From: Vermiphilus sp.
GTDB taxonomy: Bacteria; Ratteibacteria; UBA8468; B48-G9; JAFGKM01
DNA: 36,972 nt
Reading direction: 5' to 3'
Assembly (NCBI GenBank): GCA_020722825.1
Contig: DYKC01000001.1
Span: 1 to 36,972, forward strand
Below the pieces are notes generated by a model that was not told the origin of the DNA, made no database searches, and saw nothing but the letters and a program-made list of their open reading frames with translations. Both the position numbers and the translations under genes were made by a program. The first letter of the stretch is position 1, and each line of letters starts with the position of its first letter. Below, piece after piece: positions 1 through 8,173 of this stretch.

Positions 1-98
1 TTCATATTCATAATACTTCAGTATAACTTTTTTGTTTTCAACTGACAAGTTTCAGTTTCTTCCCCCATTCCATGCCGGAGATGGAATAGAGGATAAAT

Positions 99-127
99 TT
101 GACTTGGCGGAAACACGATATTAAAAT
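99..127 (+). promoter_or_regulatory. Candidate sigma70-type promoter for the URO-D-like gene (TTGACT, 17-nt spacer, TAAAAT)
   Basis: -35 TTGACT at 99-104, a 17-nt spacer, and -10 TAAAAT at 122-127. A GGGGGAG Shine-Dalgarno lies at 145-151, just before the ATG at 154. Confidence 0.4.
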
Positions 128-153
128 ACAAAGACTTGTAAAACGGGGGAGAA

Positions 154-1356
154 ATGAAAAAAAGCATAGTAGACGCATCAAAACATACAATGACAAGCAG
201 GGAAAGATTCAGAAGACAGATGCATTTTCAGAGCATAGACAGGGGAATCCACTGGGAATTTGGATACATAGCCGAAACCCTTGATAGATGGCACAAGGAA
301 GGATTGTCATCTACCATCGTAAGAGGTGAGGGCCGCTGTTCTGTGGAAGAATACTTTGGGGTTGAACCGTCTTTTTACGTGCCTGTTCACATGAGACTTC
401 TGCCAGGGTTTAGCGGTGAGGTGAAAATTCTGAAAGAGGAAAAAGGAAAAAGAATTGAACAATTACCGGACGGAACGATACAGGAAGTTCAGACTGAAGG
501 TACACATACCATCCCTCACTACATAAAAATGCCTGTAAGCAACTGGGATGACTGGAAGCGCTTTAAGGAACAACTAAATCCTGATACGCCGGGGCGTATT
601 CCCAACGACCTGAAGAGGCTGAATGAGGAACTAAGAAATTTCAACTATCCCGTAGGAATAGCGCTGGGTTCTTATTTCGGTATTCTGAGAAATTGGGTCG
701 GCTTTGAACAGATTTCATTGATGCTTTATGACCAGCCTGACCTGGTTGAGGATATGGTAGAGACCCTTACGGTTCTTTATGAGACCATTCTTACCAGAGT
801 ACTTCCAGAGATAGAGGTTGATTTCGCCGCAGGATGGGAGGACATATGCTTCCGTAACGGGCCTATGATAAGCCCTGCAATGTTCAGGAGAATAGTTGCA
901 CCCCGCCTGAAAAGGGTAACCACATTATTGCGCCAGCACGGAGTTGATATTATATGGACAGACTGTGACGGCAACATCAACGACCTTGTTCCCATATGGC
1001 TGGAATGCGGGGTAAACTGTATGTTTCCGATTGAGGTTCAAGCAGGTTCAGACCCTGTACAGTTGAGGAAAGAATACGGACACAACATACTCCTGCGCGG
1101 TGGAATTGCCAAGTACCAGCTGGCACTGGGAAAAGAAGCGATAATCAGAGAATTGAAACGGGTGGAGAAGGTTTTTGAGGATGGAGGATACATCCCTCAC
1201 GGAGACCATCGCATCCCGGACGATGTCCCTTATGAGAACTACAAATACTATCTCCGTGAAAAACTCTCTATGCTCGGCTGGCAGAAATATGACATTGAGA
1301 GAATTGAGGGTCTGCAGAAATCCGCAATTGTGGATAAGATAGAGATACCAGATTAA
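154..1356 (+). CDS. Uroporphyrinogen decarboxylase (URO-D)/MtaA-like family protein
   Basis: 400-aa ORF with a strong SD. The C-terminal half (DCDGNINDLVPIWLECGVNCMFPIE ... GGYIPHGDHRIPDDVPYENY) resembles URO-D-family TIM barrels. The substrate is not inferable. Confidence 0.6.
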   Translation: MKKSIVDASKHTMTSRERFRRQMHFQSIDRGIHWEFGYIAETLDRWHKEGLSSTIVRGEGRCSVEEYFGVEPSFYVPVHMRLLPGFSGEVKILKEEKGKRIEQLPDGTIQEVQTEGTHTIPHYIKMPVSNWDDWKRFKEQLNPDTPGRIPNDLKRLNEELRNFNYPVGIALGSYFGILRNWVGFEQISLMLYDQPDLVEDMVETLTVLYETILTRVLPEIEVDFAAGWEDICFRNGPMISPAMFRRIVAPRLKRVTTLLRQHGVDIIWTDCDGNINDLVPIWLECGVNCMFPIEVQAGSDPVQLRKEYGHNILLRGGIAKYQLALGKEAIIRELKRVEKVFEDGGYIPHGDHRIPDDVPYENYKYYLREKLSMLGWQKYDIERIEGLQKSAIVDKIEIPD

Positions 1357-1645
1357 TTCTTTTTGACAGGGATAATTTACTATCTATTAAATTTTGGGTC
1401 GGTAATTCTTTGAACTTTGACGTGTTTCTTGGATCTGGACGTCATTTTGAGTTTTTCAATCAAAGTATCATACTCCTTCCTGTTAACAGGGATATCAACG
1501 GGTTTCTTTTTCTGTCCGGAAAGAATAGAGGCATTAATAAACTCGGTCAAGTCCAATTTCTTCTGGAAAAAGATTTCTTTTGTAGGATATCCCTATAGGA
1601 TACCTCACACCATTATCTTTTTCCAGACATTTTAAGACATTACCT

Positions 1646-1702
1646 TTGCCAAAGTTTAGTTATCTTGATATAATTGACATTCCTTTTCAAATTCTGTAAG
1701 AT
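1646..1702 (+). promoter_or_regulatory. Two tandem candidate promoters upstream of the Lon-like protease gene
   Basis: P1 has TTGCCA at 1646-1651, a 17-nt spacer carrying TG at 1666-1667 (extended -10), and TATAAT at 1669-1674. P2 has TTGACA at 1674-1679, a 17-nt spacer, and TAAGAT at 1697-1702. Confidence 0.45.
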
Positions 1703-1784
1703 AGATTATACAAATTTTGCAAAAAAATTTTCAACGCAGGATAACGCAGACCCCTCAAAAAACTTCCGGGGAAAGGACCTGTTT

Positions 1785-4208
1785 ATGAAAAAATACGAGA
1801 TTTCTCCAGAAAGATTGAAAAAGGAGTGTACACCTAAAGACTTTGAATTTAATACAACTGCAGATATTGTTCCGCTTGAAGGAATCATTGGACAGGAAAG
1901 GGCAAAAAAATCACTGGAATTCGGGCTGAGAATAAAAAGTAATGGATATAACATATTTGTCACTGGTATCTCTGGTACGGGCAGAACAACTTCCGTAGAA
2001 CAGACTGTAAGAAAGATAGCAAAGAGCCAGCCCATACCTGATGACTGGTGCTACCTGTATAATTTTTCAAACCCTGATACCCCGACCGCTCTGCGGTTGC
2101 CTAAGGGAAAAGCTGTCATCTTTAAAAAAGATATGAGCGCGCTTATCAATGAACTGCAAACAGAACTTCCCAAGAAACTTGAAAGCCAGTTATACGAGGA
2201 ACACAAAAACAAAATAATCAAGGAGTTTCAAAACAAACGCGATGAGCTTTTTGAAGAATTGGAAAATACTGCAAAAGTCTCAAACTTTCAGATTAAGAAA
2301 ACACCATCAGGAATAGTTATAATACCCACCATAGAAGGAAAACCTCTTGAGGATGAGGATATTGAAAAACTGACCGCAGAAGCCAAAGAGGATATAAAAA
2401 AGAAACAGGAAATCCTGTATGAGAAATTAAATCTTGTTTCAAGAGAGGTGCGTAAACTGGAAAAAACGGCGCAGCAGAAACTTTCCGAACTTGAAACCGA
2501 AACCGCTAAATACACCATAGAACCAAGGATTGAAGAACTAAAGGAAAAATACAAAACATTCCCGTCTGTACTAAAATACCTTGATGATGTGCAAAAAGAT
2601 ATGATTGACAACATAGATGACTTTAAAGAAAAAAAAGAGGTGGAAATACTTCCCGGGGTCAAACTTCCTGAGCGTCTATCTTCCCTTTTCAAGTACCAGG
2701 TCAATGTCTTTGTAGATAACTCAAAAACACAGGGCGCTCCTGTTATAAAAGAACCAAATCCGACCTCGTATAACCTCAGCGGAAAGATAGAATACAGACC
2801 TTATCAGTACGGAGCGATGATAACCGACTTCACCATGATAAAAGCCGGGGCATTACACAAAGCCAACGGGGGCTATTTAATATTACAGACACTGGATGTC
2901 CTCAAAAATTATTTCGCATGGGAAACACTTAAAAGAGCAATAAAAAACAAGGAAATTGTCATAGAAGACCTTAATGAACAATTCCGCCTCATCAATACCT
3001 CGACCCTCAAACCCGAACCCATACCTCTTGATGTGAAAATACTGCTTATAGGAAGTCCTTTCCTTTTCTATTTACTCTTTGACTATGATGAAGATTTCAG
3101 AAAACTATTCAAGGTAAGAGCAGATTTCAGTACTCTTATGGACAGAGACAGAAAAAGCATTTTGAACTATGCTGCTTTTATAAGTAAACTCTGTAAGGAA
3201 GAAGGACTTAAACAATTGGACAGAGAAGCCGTTTGCAGAATAATTGAGTTTGGTTCAAGGATTGCCTCTCACCAGAATAAACTGACGACAAGATTCATTG
3301 AAATAGCAGATATTATAAGGGAAGCCAATTTCTGGGCAATTTCAGAAAATTCTGAAACAGTGCAGAAAAAACATGTTGATATTGCCCTTGAAGAGAAAAT
3401 ATTCAGATCAAATCTTATTGAAAAACGGATTGAAGAACTTATCAGAGAAGGTACAATTATGGTTGATACCGAAGGTGAAACCGTCGGACAGGTCAACGGT
3501 CTTGCTGTCTTTACCCTCGGTGATTATTCTTTTGGAAAACCTTCAAGAATAACAGCAAGGGTTTATATAGGCAGAGGCGGAATGATAAACATAGAAAGAG
3601 AGGTAAAACTTTCGGGGGCAATACATAACAAGGGATTTTTAATTCTTACCGGATACATAGGAGAAAAATACGGGGATAATAAACCTTCTGTCTTCAGTGC
3701 CAGTATCTGTTTTGAACAGATGTATGAGGAAATTGATGGAGACAGTGCGTCCTCTACCGAATTATATGCCTTACTCTCAGCCCTTTCAGGACTCCCTGTA
3801 AAACAGGGGATAGCAGTAACAGGTTCTGTAAACCAGAAAGGTGAGGTTCAGGCAATAGGCGGAGTAAATGAAAAAATTGAGGGATTTTATTATACCTGCA
3901 AAGCAAAAAATATTACGGGTGAACAGGGTGTTATCATACCTGAAAGTAATCTCAAACACCTCATGTTGAAAGACGAGGTTATAGAAGCAGTGAAACAGGG
4001 TAAATTCCATATATGGGCGGTAAAAACCATAGATGAAGGAATAGAAATTCTAACAGGAACCCCTGCAGGCACAAAAGACGAAAAAGGGAATTATCCTGCC
4101 GGCACCGTAAACTACCTTGTTTCAAAAAAACTTGAAAAACTCACAAAAAACTACCTGAAATACCAGAAGATAACCGAATCCTCAAAAAGAAGAGAGAAAA
4201 AATCCTAA
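1785..4208 (+). CDS. Lon-like serine protease with a degenerate AAA+ module and a coiled-coil insertion (LonC-type, probably ATP-independent)
   Basis: The ORF is open from 1674, but the ATG at 1785 (MKKYEISPERL) follows GGGGAAAGGA. The Walker A-like site GISGTGRTT has Arg where Lys is expected. The Walker B position reads GGYLILQTLD, with no acidic pair. A long charged, K/E-rich insertion spans roughly aa 120-300 of the mature protein. The C-terminal Lon protease domain has DGDSASS (Ser nucleophile) and GGVNEKIEG (Lys). Confidence 0.8.
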   Translation: MKKYEISPERLKKECTPKDFEFNTTADIVPLEGIIGQERAKKSLEFGLRIKSNGYNIFVTGISGTGRTTSVEQTVRKIAKSQPIPDDWCYLYNFSNPDTPTALRLPKGKAVIFKKDMSALINELQTELPKKLESQLYEEHKNKIIKEFQNKRDELFEELENTAKVSNFQIKKTPSGIVIIPTIEGKPLEDEDIEKLTAEAKEDIKKKQEILYEKLNLVSREVRKLEKTAQQKLSELETETAKYTIEPRIEELKEKYKTFPSVLKYLDDVQKDMIDNIDDFKEKKEVEILPGVKLPERLSSLFKYQVNVFVDNSKTQGAPVIKEPNPTSYNLSGKIEYRPYQYGAMITDFTMIKAGALHKANGGYLILQTLDVLKNYFAWETLKRAIKNKEIVIEDLNEQFRLINTSTLKPEPIPLDVKILLIGSPFLFYLLFDYDEDFRKLFKVRADFSTLMDRDRKSILNYAAFISKLCKEEGLKQLDREAVCRIIEFGSRIASHQNKLTTRFIEIADIIREANFWAISENSETVQKKHVDIALEEKIFRSNLIEKRIEELIREGTIMVDTEGETVGQVNGLAVFTLGDYSFGKPSRITARVYIGRGGMINIEREVKLSGAIHNKGFLILTGYIGEKYGDNKPSVFSASICFEQMYEEIDGDSASSTELYALLSALSGLPVKQGIAVTGSVNQKGEVQAIGGVNEKIEGFYYTCKAKNITGEQGVIIPESNLKHLMLKDEVIEAVKQGKFHIWAVKTIDEGIEILTGTPAGTKDEKGNYPAGTVNYLVSKKLEKLTKNYLKYQKITESSKRREKKS

Positions 4209-4234
4209 CTTCCTATGTTTAAAAAACCGTCAGA

Positions 4235-5128
4235 TTAAATATTACCGTAGCCAAATCTGCGAAAGACCTCGGGTCGGTCTCTCCACTTTTTTACAACCTT
4301 CACCCATAACTCAAGATAAACCCTTTTCCCGACAACCGTTTCAATCTCTTCCCTTGCAAGTTTACCTATACTTTTCAGTTTTGTACCATCTTTGCCTATA
4401 ATAATACCCCTCAGATTTTCTCTATCAACTATAATACTGGCTTTTATGACCATCATATTCTTGTCTTTGTTTCCTGCAGTCATCGCATCAACCTCAACCG
4501 CTATAGTCTGAGGAACTTCCTGGTAGGTTTTATTAACCGCTTTTTCTCTGATTATTTCTGCAATGACGTATTCCAGCGGTAAGTTTGTCTTCATATCACC
4601 AGGAAACATCCTGTCTCCCTCAGGCAGATACTTAAAAATGCACTTCCTGAGAACCTCTATATTTTCTTTCCTGAAGGCAGATACGGGAACTATCTCGGCA
4701 AAATCATATTTTTCAGAGCTTTCTTTTATAATCGGCAGCAACGCTTCCTTATGAGGAAGAATATCCACCTTGTTAATCACAAGAAACATCTTTTTTTTAA
4801 ACTTTATCAGAAATTCCATTATTCTTTCATCTGTCTCTTTCCAGCCTCCAACAGCCTCTATCACAAATAAAACCAGATCGGCATCATCAACCGAACTGAA
4901 TATCGTCTTTAGCATGATTTTTCCAAGTTCATTACGGGATTTTTCAAAACCCGGCGTATCAAGAATGACAATCTGACCCTCGTCTGAGTTATACATCCCG
5001 AGTATTTTTATCCTTGTTATGGCAGGACGTGGAGATACAATTGAAACTTTGTAACCGAGCAAACTGTTTATAAGCGTGGATTTGCCAACATTAGGTCTAC
5101 CGACTATTGAAACAGCCCCTGATTTCAT
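4235..5128 (-). CDS. era: GTPase Era
   Basis: G1 motif GRPNVGKSTL, DTPG, NKVD, and a C-terminal KH domain (IIVDRENLRGIIIGKDGTKLK). There is a 4-nt overlap with the upstream gene. Confidence 0.95.
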   Translation of the reverse strand: MKSGAVSIVGRPNVGKSTLINSLLGYKVSIVSPRPAITRIKILGMYNSDEGQIVILDTPGFEKSRNELGKIMLKTIFSSVDDADLVLFVIEAVGGWKETDERIMEFLIKFKKKMFLVINKVDILPHKEALLPIIKESSEKYDFAEIVPVSAFRKENIEVLRKCIFKYLPEGDRMFPGDMKTNLPLEYVIAEIIREKAVNKTYQEVPQTIAVEVDAMTAGNKDKNMMVIKASIIVDRENLRGIIIGKDGTKLKSIGKLAREEIETVVGKRVYLELWVKVVKKWRDRPEVFRRFGYGNI

Positions 5129-6141
5129 AGAACGATTTCAATCCCTTTATCGGCAGATTCTTTTTCCTGAAGTGTAAGTTTTAGAGAATCTCTTGCCTCT
5201 TCAGGTGTAACTATAATGAAAGGCTTGTTGTGAGATATGTGGTCCACAAAATATCTTAATTCGTAAAAGTATCCTCCAAGGTCGCTTATATTCCCTCCAG
5301 CTCCGTCTATCTTTGTTTTTTCAAAAACAGGTCTGTCCACCTTGCCTGAAAACTCATAAACAACCAGCGATGGACTGTTTTTTGAATTAAAATCAACGAC
5401 TGCCTTTTCAAACTTGGCGATATAACTCATTTCAAAAGGAAATACTGCAGGATAGTCCCATCCGCCTTCTGCTGACACTACAAGGCCATTCTTAAAACTG
5501 AAGAGGGTGTATATGTGCGAATAGGGTATCTCCTTATTCATAGCTGTTTTTGAATATATCCTTTCAGGATTTTCACCTATCAGATACCTGATAAAATCTG
5601 TATCGTGTATGTGCAGGTCTATCAGAGCACCCCCTGATTTATCATCACTGAGCAGCCAGTCCTGCCATCCCCAGGTAGGCAGAGGCGAAAGTCGCCTGCA
5701 AGAAAAAGTTTTCAGTTCCCCATACTTTTTGCTGTCATATACCTCTTTCAAAAACCTGTACTCATCCCAGAACCTTATCACGTGGGCAACCATAAACCTT
5801 ACCCTGTTTTTTTTACAAGCGGTAATCATCTCATTCGCATCCTCCACCGTCAGGGCAATGGGTTTCTCACACAGAACATCTTTACCCATCTCAGCAGCCT
5901 TAATCACATATTCCTTATGTAGAAAAGTAGGTAAACAGATGTCAATAACAGTGATATCCTGCTTTTCAATCATTTGCTGGGGATCATAATACGGTATTGT
6001 TTTGAACTTTGCGGCCAGCGACTTTGCTTTTTCCCCGCGTATATCTGCAATCCCTGCAATTTTTGAATCAGGTAAAAGGTTGTAAACATTTGCATGCATA
6101 CTTCCCATAAATCCCGCACCTACTATTCCTACCTTAACCAT
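5125..6141 (-). CDS. Gfo/Idh/MocA family NAD(P)-dependent oxidoreductase
   Basis: N-terminal Rossmann motif VGIVGAGFMGSMH, the EKP motif (LCEKPIAL), and a C-terminal alpha/beta domain. SD AAGGAGG lies upstream. Confidence 0.85.
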   Translation of the reverse strand: MVKVGIVGAGFMGSMHANVYNLLPDSKIAGIADIRGEKAKSLAAKFKTIPYYDPQQMIEKQDITVIDICLPTFLHKEYVIKAAEMGKDVLCEKPIALTVEDANEMITACKKNRVRFMVAHVIRFWDEYRFLKEVYDSKKYGELKTFSCRRLSPLPTWGWQDWLLSDDKSGGALIDLHIHDTDFIRYLIGENPERIYSKTAMNKEIPYSHIYTLFSFKNGLVVSAEGGWDYPAVFPFEMSYIAKFEKAVVDFNSKNSPSLVVYEFSGKVDRPVFEKTKIDGAGGNISDLGGYFYELRYFVDHISHNKPFIIVTPEEARDSLKLTLQEKESADKGIEIVL

Positions 6142-6149
6142 TTTCTATT

Positions 6150-6178
6150 CCTCCTTTACCCCGAACTCCACTGAAAAG
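6150..6178 (-). repeat. Leader module R2, copy 1 (CTTTT..GGAGTTCGGGGTAAAGGAGG), directly upstream of the oxidoreductase start
   Basis: The minus strand reads cttttcagtGGAGTTCGGGgTAAAGGAGG. The same block, cttttaaGGAGTTCGGGTAAAGGgAGG, precedes yajC at 30818-30844. Confidence 0.6.
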
Positions 6179-6180
6179 CG

Positions 6181-6287
6181 TTATATAGGAACTTGCGTTC
6201 CCGGTATACGTTGATATACGGTAGATATACAAATCTATATCGCAGGTGAAGCCTGCTTATATCAGGGACGAAGTCCCCTTATATTCC
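6181..6287. repeat. Array of phased TATAT-type motifs alternating with short GC-rich hairpins
   Basis: TATAT-like cores are centred near 6184, 6206, 6216, 6227, 6238, 6260 and 6282, so the spacings are about 11 or 22 nt. The hairpins are ggaac-ttgc-gttcc (6189-6202), ccg(g)tata-cgttga-tatacgg (6201-6221), gatata-caaatc-tatatc (6224-6241), gcagg-tgaag-cctgc (6242-6256) and gggac-gaa-gtccc (6265-6277). Confidence 0.6.
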
Positions 6288-6324
6288 TTTATGCTTTCAC
6301 AGTGAGAAACTATAATTTTGTTTG

Positions 6325-8172
6325 TTACTTCCAGACTATCCTGAAAACAAAAATATTTTTGCCTTCAACAGTACATATAAATCTGCCGTCAGCCAGAGCA
6401 TCCATAAAATTAATCTTGTCGCTCAGATTATATTCCCACAATTTTTTCTTGTTATAGGAGAGTAGATAAACATATTTCCCTTTTTGACCTGCCAGAAGTT
6501 CTATAATCCCGGGTTTGAAGGCCGAATATTGTATCTCCTGTCCTGCATTAAAACTCAACAGTTCATTACCGTTTGCATCAAAAACAAAGGTTTTCCCATC
6601 TTTGTTAACGGCGCATGTATAATTGTCTGATGATACCTTTACATCTATAATCTGGCTGCTCAGATTCTTTTTCCACAGGACGTTACCTTCATCAGAAAAA
6701 CACCAGTAAGCTCCATCTTCCATCCCTACAAAAACCCTGTGTGAATCTTCAGATATTTTTATTTTCGTAGCCCACTGAGGAACTGATTCCCTCCAGAAAA
6801 CTTCACCCCTGCGGTCTTTAAAAATAACCTCGTCGTTAATCCCTATTACTACAAACCTTCCATCTTTTGAAATATCCAGGTCTCTTCCGTAATTACCTAC
6901 CCTTTCGCTCCACCTGATACAACCTCTGTATTCTTCAGCAAAGGAAACCTTGCCGTCCAACGATAACCACGCATAATATTTCCCGCAGGGAGAAATTGCT
7001 ACCTTCAAGATTTTTTCAGACATATTAAATTTTTTCAATACAACTCCTTTACTGTTCAGAATGTATACCGTTCCACTTTCGCAACCGGCTATTATTCTTG
7101 TTCCCCCTGAAGAAATCTTTAAATCGTTTATCAGCCCGTCCGCTTCATACTCCCAGAGAAATTTATCCTCCGGTAAAAAAAGACTTTCGGGTATATCCTT
7201 TTCTTGAAATTGAAAGGTAAATCTGTCTATAAGATTTGAAAGATACATAAAGGATTGCGTTTTATATTCATAACTTTCAAACCAGATTTTTTTCATCGGA
7301 TCAAAAACATCAACATGAAAGATAAAATATTTGTCAATTAATGCCAGAGAAGGTCTGAGAATATAATCAGCGTTCAATATCCTGCCCACTACTGATAATT
7401 CTTCCACATACTTCAGTTCATCCCTTGTTAACATTTTCTCTTTAAGAACTCTATCAAAATCTCTTTGCTGTATCACTGTAAAACTATTCATCTTTTCGGC
7501 TCTTGCAGTGAAAGTTTTCTGGAAATCGCTTCTTACGAAATCCTGAACCCCACTGAAAAAAACATCAAGCAGCAAAATGTTTGGTTTCCTTAATTTTAAG
7601 TCTATATTTTTAATTTTGCTGTTAAGATATCCGGGAGAAAATTTTGTGCCGTGGAAATTCTTGGATTCTATAACGCTATATATGTTTTCATAAACTATTC
7701 TGGCTTCACGCAACCTGTTTTCATTCTGAAAGATTCCTGCCACTTTTGCCATATAGTCCGTATCAGGTACTATTGAAAGCAGAAGATACTTTTCGTAATA
7801 CTCCAGAGCCTCCTTAATCCTTTTATGTGAATATGCATAATCCCCTATAATCCTGCAGATATAGGCATCGGGAGTTGCATACTGAAGGAGCTCAAGGGTT
7901 TTTTTATTATTCTCAGGCCACTCTTTTGGCCAGCTGCCTGCCCTAAAGGGCTTTACCTCTTCAACCCTTTTTTCAGCCCTGCGTAAGAACAAATCTGTTT
8001 CTTTCAACCTGCCGGCATCATCTTCTTTATCAGCCCTTTCTATATATGCCCATACGTTACGATGGAAAACTGCAGATAGACCCCTGTTTTTTTCAAACCA
8101 TTCGCTACAGTAGGCATAGGTTATTGTAAAAAACAATAGGGGCAAAATTAACATCTTTTCTATCTGTACCAT
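6325..8172 (-). CDS. Exported TPR-repeat protein with a C-terminal PQQ/BamB-like beta-propeller; function unknown
   Basis: N-terminal hydrophobic signal or anchor (MLILPLLFFTITYAYC). A TPR-like helical region spans about aa 30-190. A middle alpha/beta segment is weakly reminiscent of LpoB/TolB-N-type domains. The C-terminal region has repeated units of the form S.DG..v..G..DG.v..fd..G..lW. The start lies 1 nt after the upstream stop. Confidence 0.7.
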   Translation of the reverse strand: MVQIEKMLILPLLFFTITYAYCSEWFEKNRGLSAVFHRNVWAYIERADKEDDAGRLKETDLFLRRAEKRVEEVKPFRAGSWPKEWPENNKKTLELLQYATPDAYICRIIGDYAYSHKRIKEALEYYEKYLLLSIVPDTDYMAKVAGIFQNENRLREARIVYENIYSVIESKNFHGTKFSPGYLNSKIKNIDLKLRKPNILLLDVFFSGVQDFVRSDFQKTFTARAEKMNSFTVIQQRDFDRVLKEKMLTRDELKYVEELSVVGRILNADYILRPSLALIDKYFIFHVDVFDPMKKIWFESYEYKTQSFMYLSNLIDRFTFQFQEKDIPESLFLPEDKFLWEYEADGLINDLKISSGGTRIIAGCESGTVYILNSKGVVLKKFNMSEKILKVAISPCGKYYAWLSLDGKVSFAEEYRGCIRWSERVGNYGRDLDISKDGRFVVIGINDEVIFKDRRGEVFWRESVPQWATKIKISEDSHRVFVGMEDGAYWCFSDEGNVLWKKNLSSQIIDVKVSSDNYTCAVNKDGKTFVFDANGNELLSFNAGQEIQYSAFKPGIIELLAGQKGKYVYLLSYNKKKLWEYNLSDKINFMDALADGRFICTVEGKNIFVFRIVWK

Positions 8173-8173
8173 T

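Noticed and set aside
67-87. ATTCCAT-GCCGGAG-ATGGAAT hairpin near the window start as a terminator of an upstream gene
   Set aside because: There is no U-tract on either strand, and no upstream gene is visible within the window.
1410-1635. Plus-strand ORFs of 62 and 72 aa in the URO-D/Lon spacer
   Set aside because: The sequences are Phe/Leu/Ile-rich with no SD. The opposite strand looks more protein-like; see the finding on a possible gene remnant.
1751-1771. CCCC...GGGG pairing in the Lon leader as an SD-sequestering RNA thermometer related to module R1 (shares ACCCCTCA)
   Set aside because: Only about 4 bp can form, and the similarity to R1 is a single 8-mer. That is too weak to call.
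1674-1784. N-terminal extensions suggested by the ORF track: Lon from 1674, topA from 14007, cimA from 21249 and the HisA-like gene from 15784
   Set aside because: Internal ATGs at 1785, 14076, 21204 and 16051 have good SD sequences and give N-termini matching the families. The extensions overlap predicted promoters or leaders, or in the case of 15784 lie out of frame inside topA. The 14007 start for topA remains a minor possibility.
6181-6287. Possible CRISPR array
   Set aside because: The repeated element is only about 7 nt and the units are about 11-22 nt. No cas genes are present, and the variable parts are self-complementary hairpins rather than spacers.
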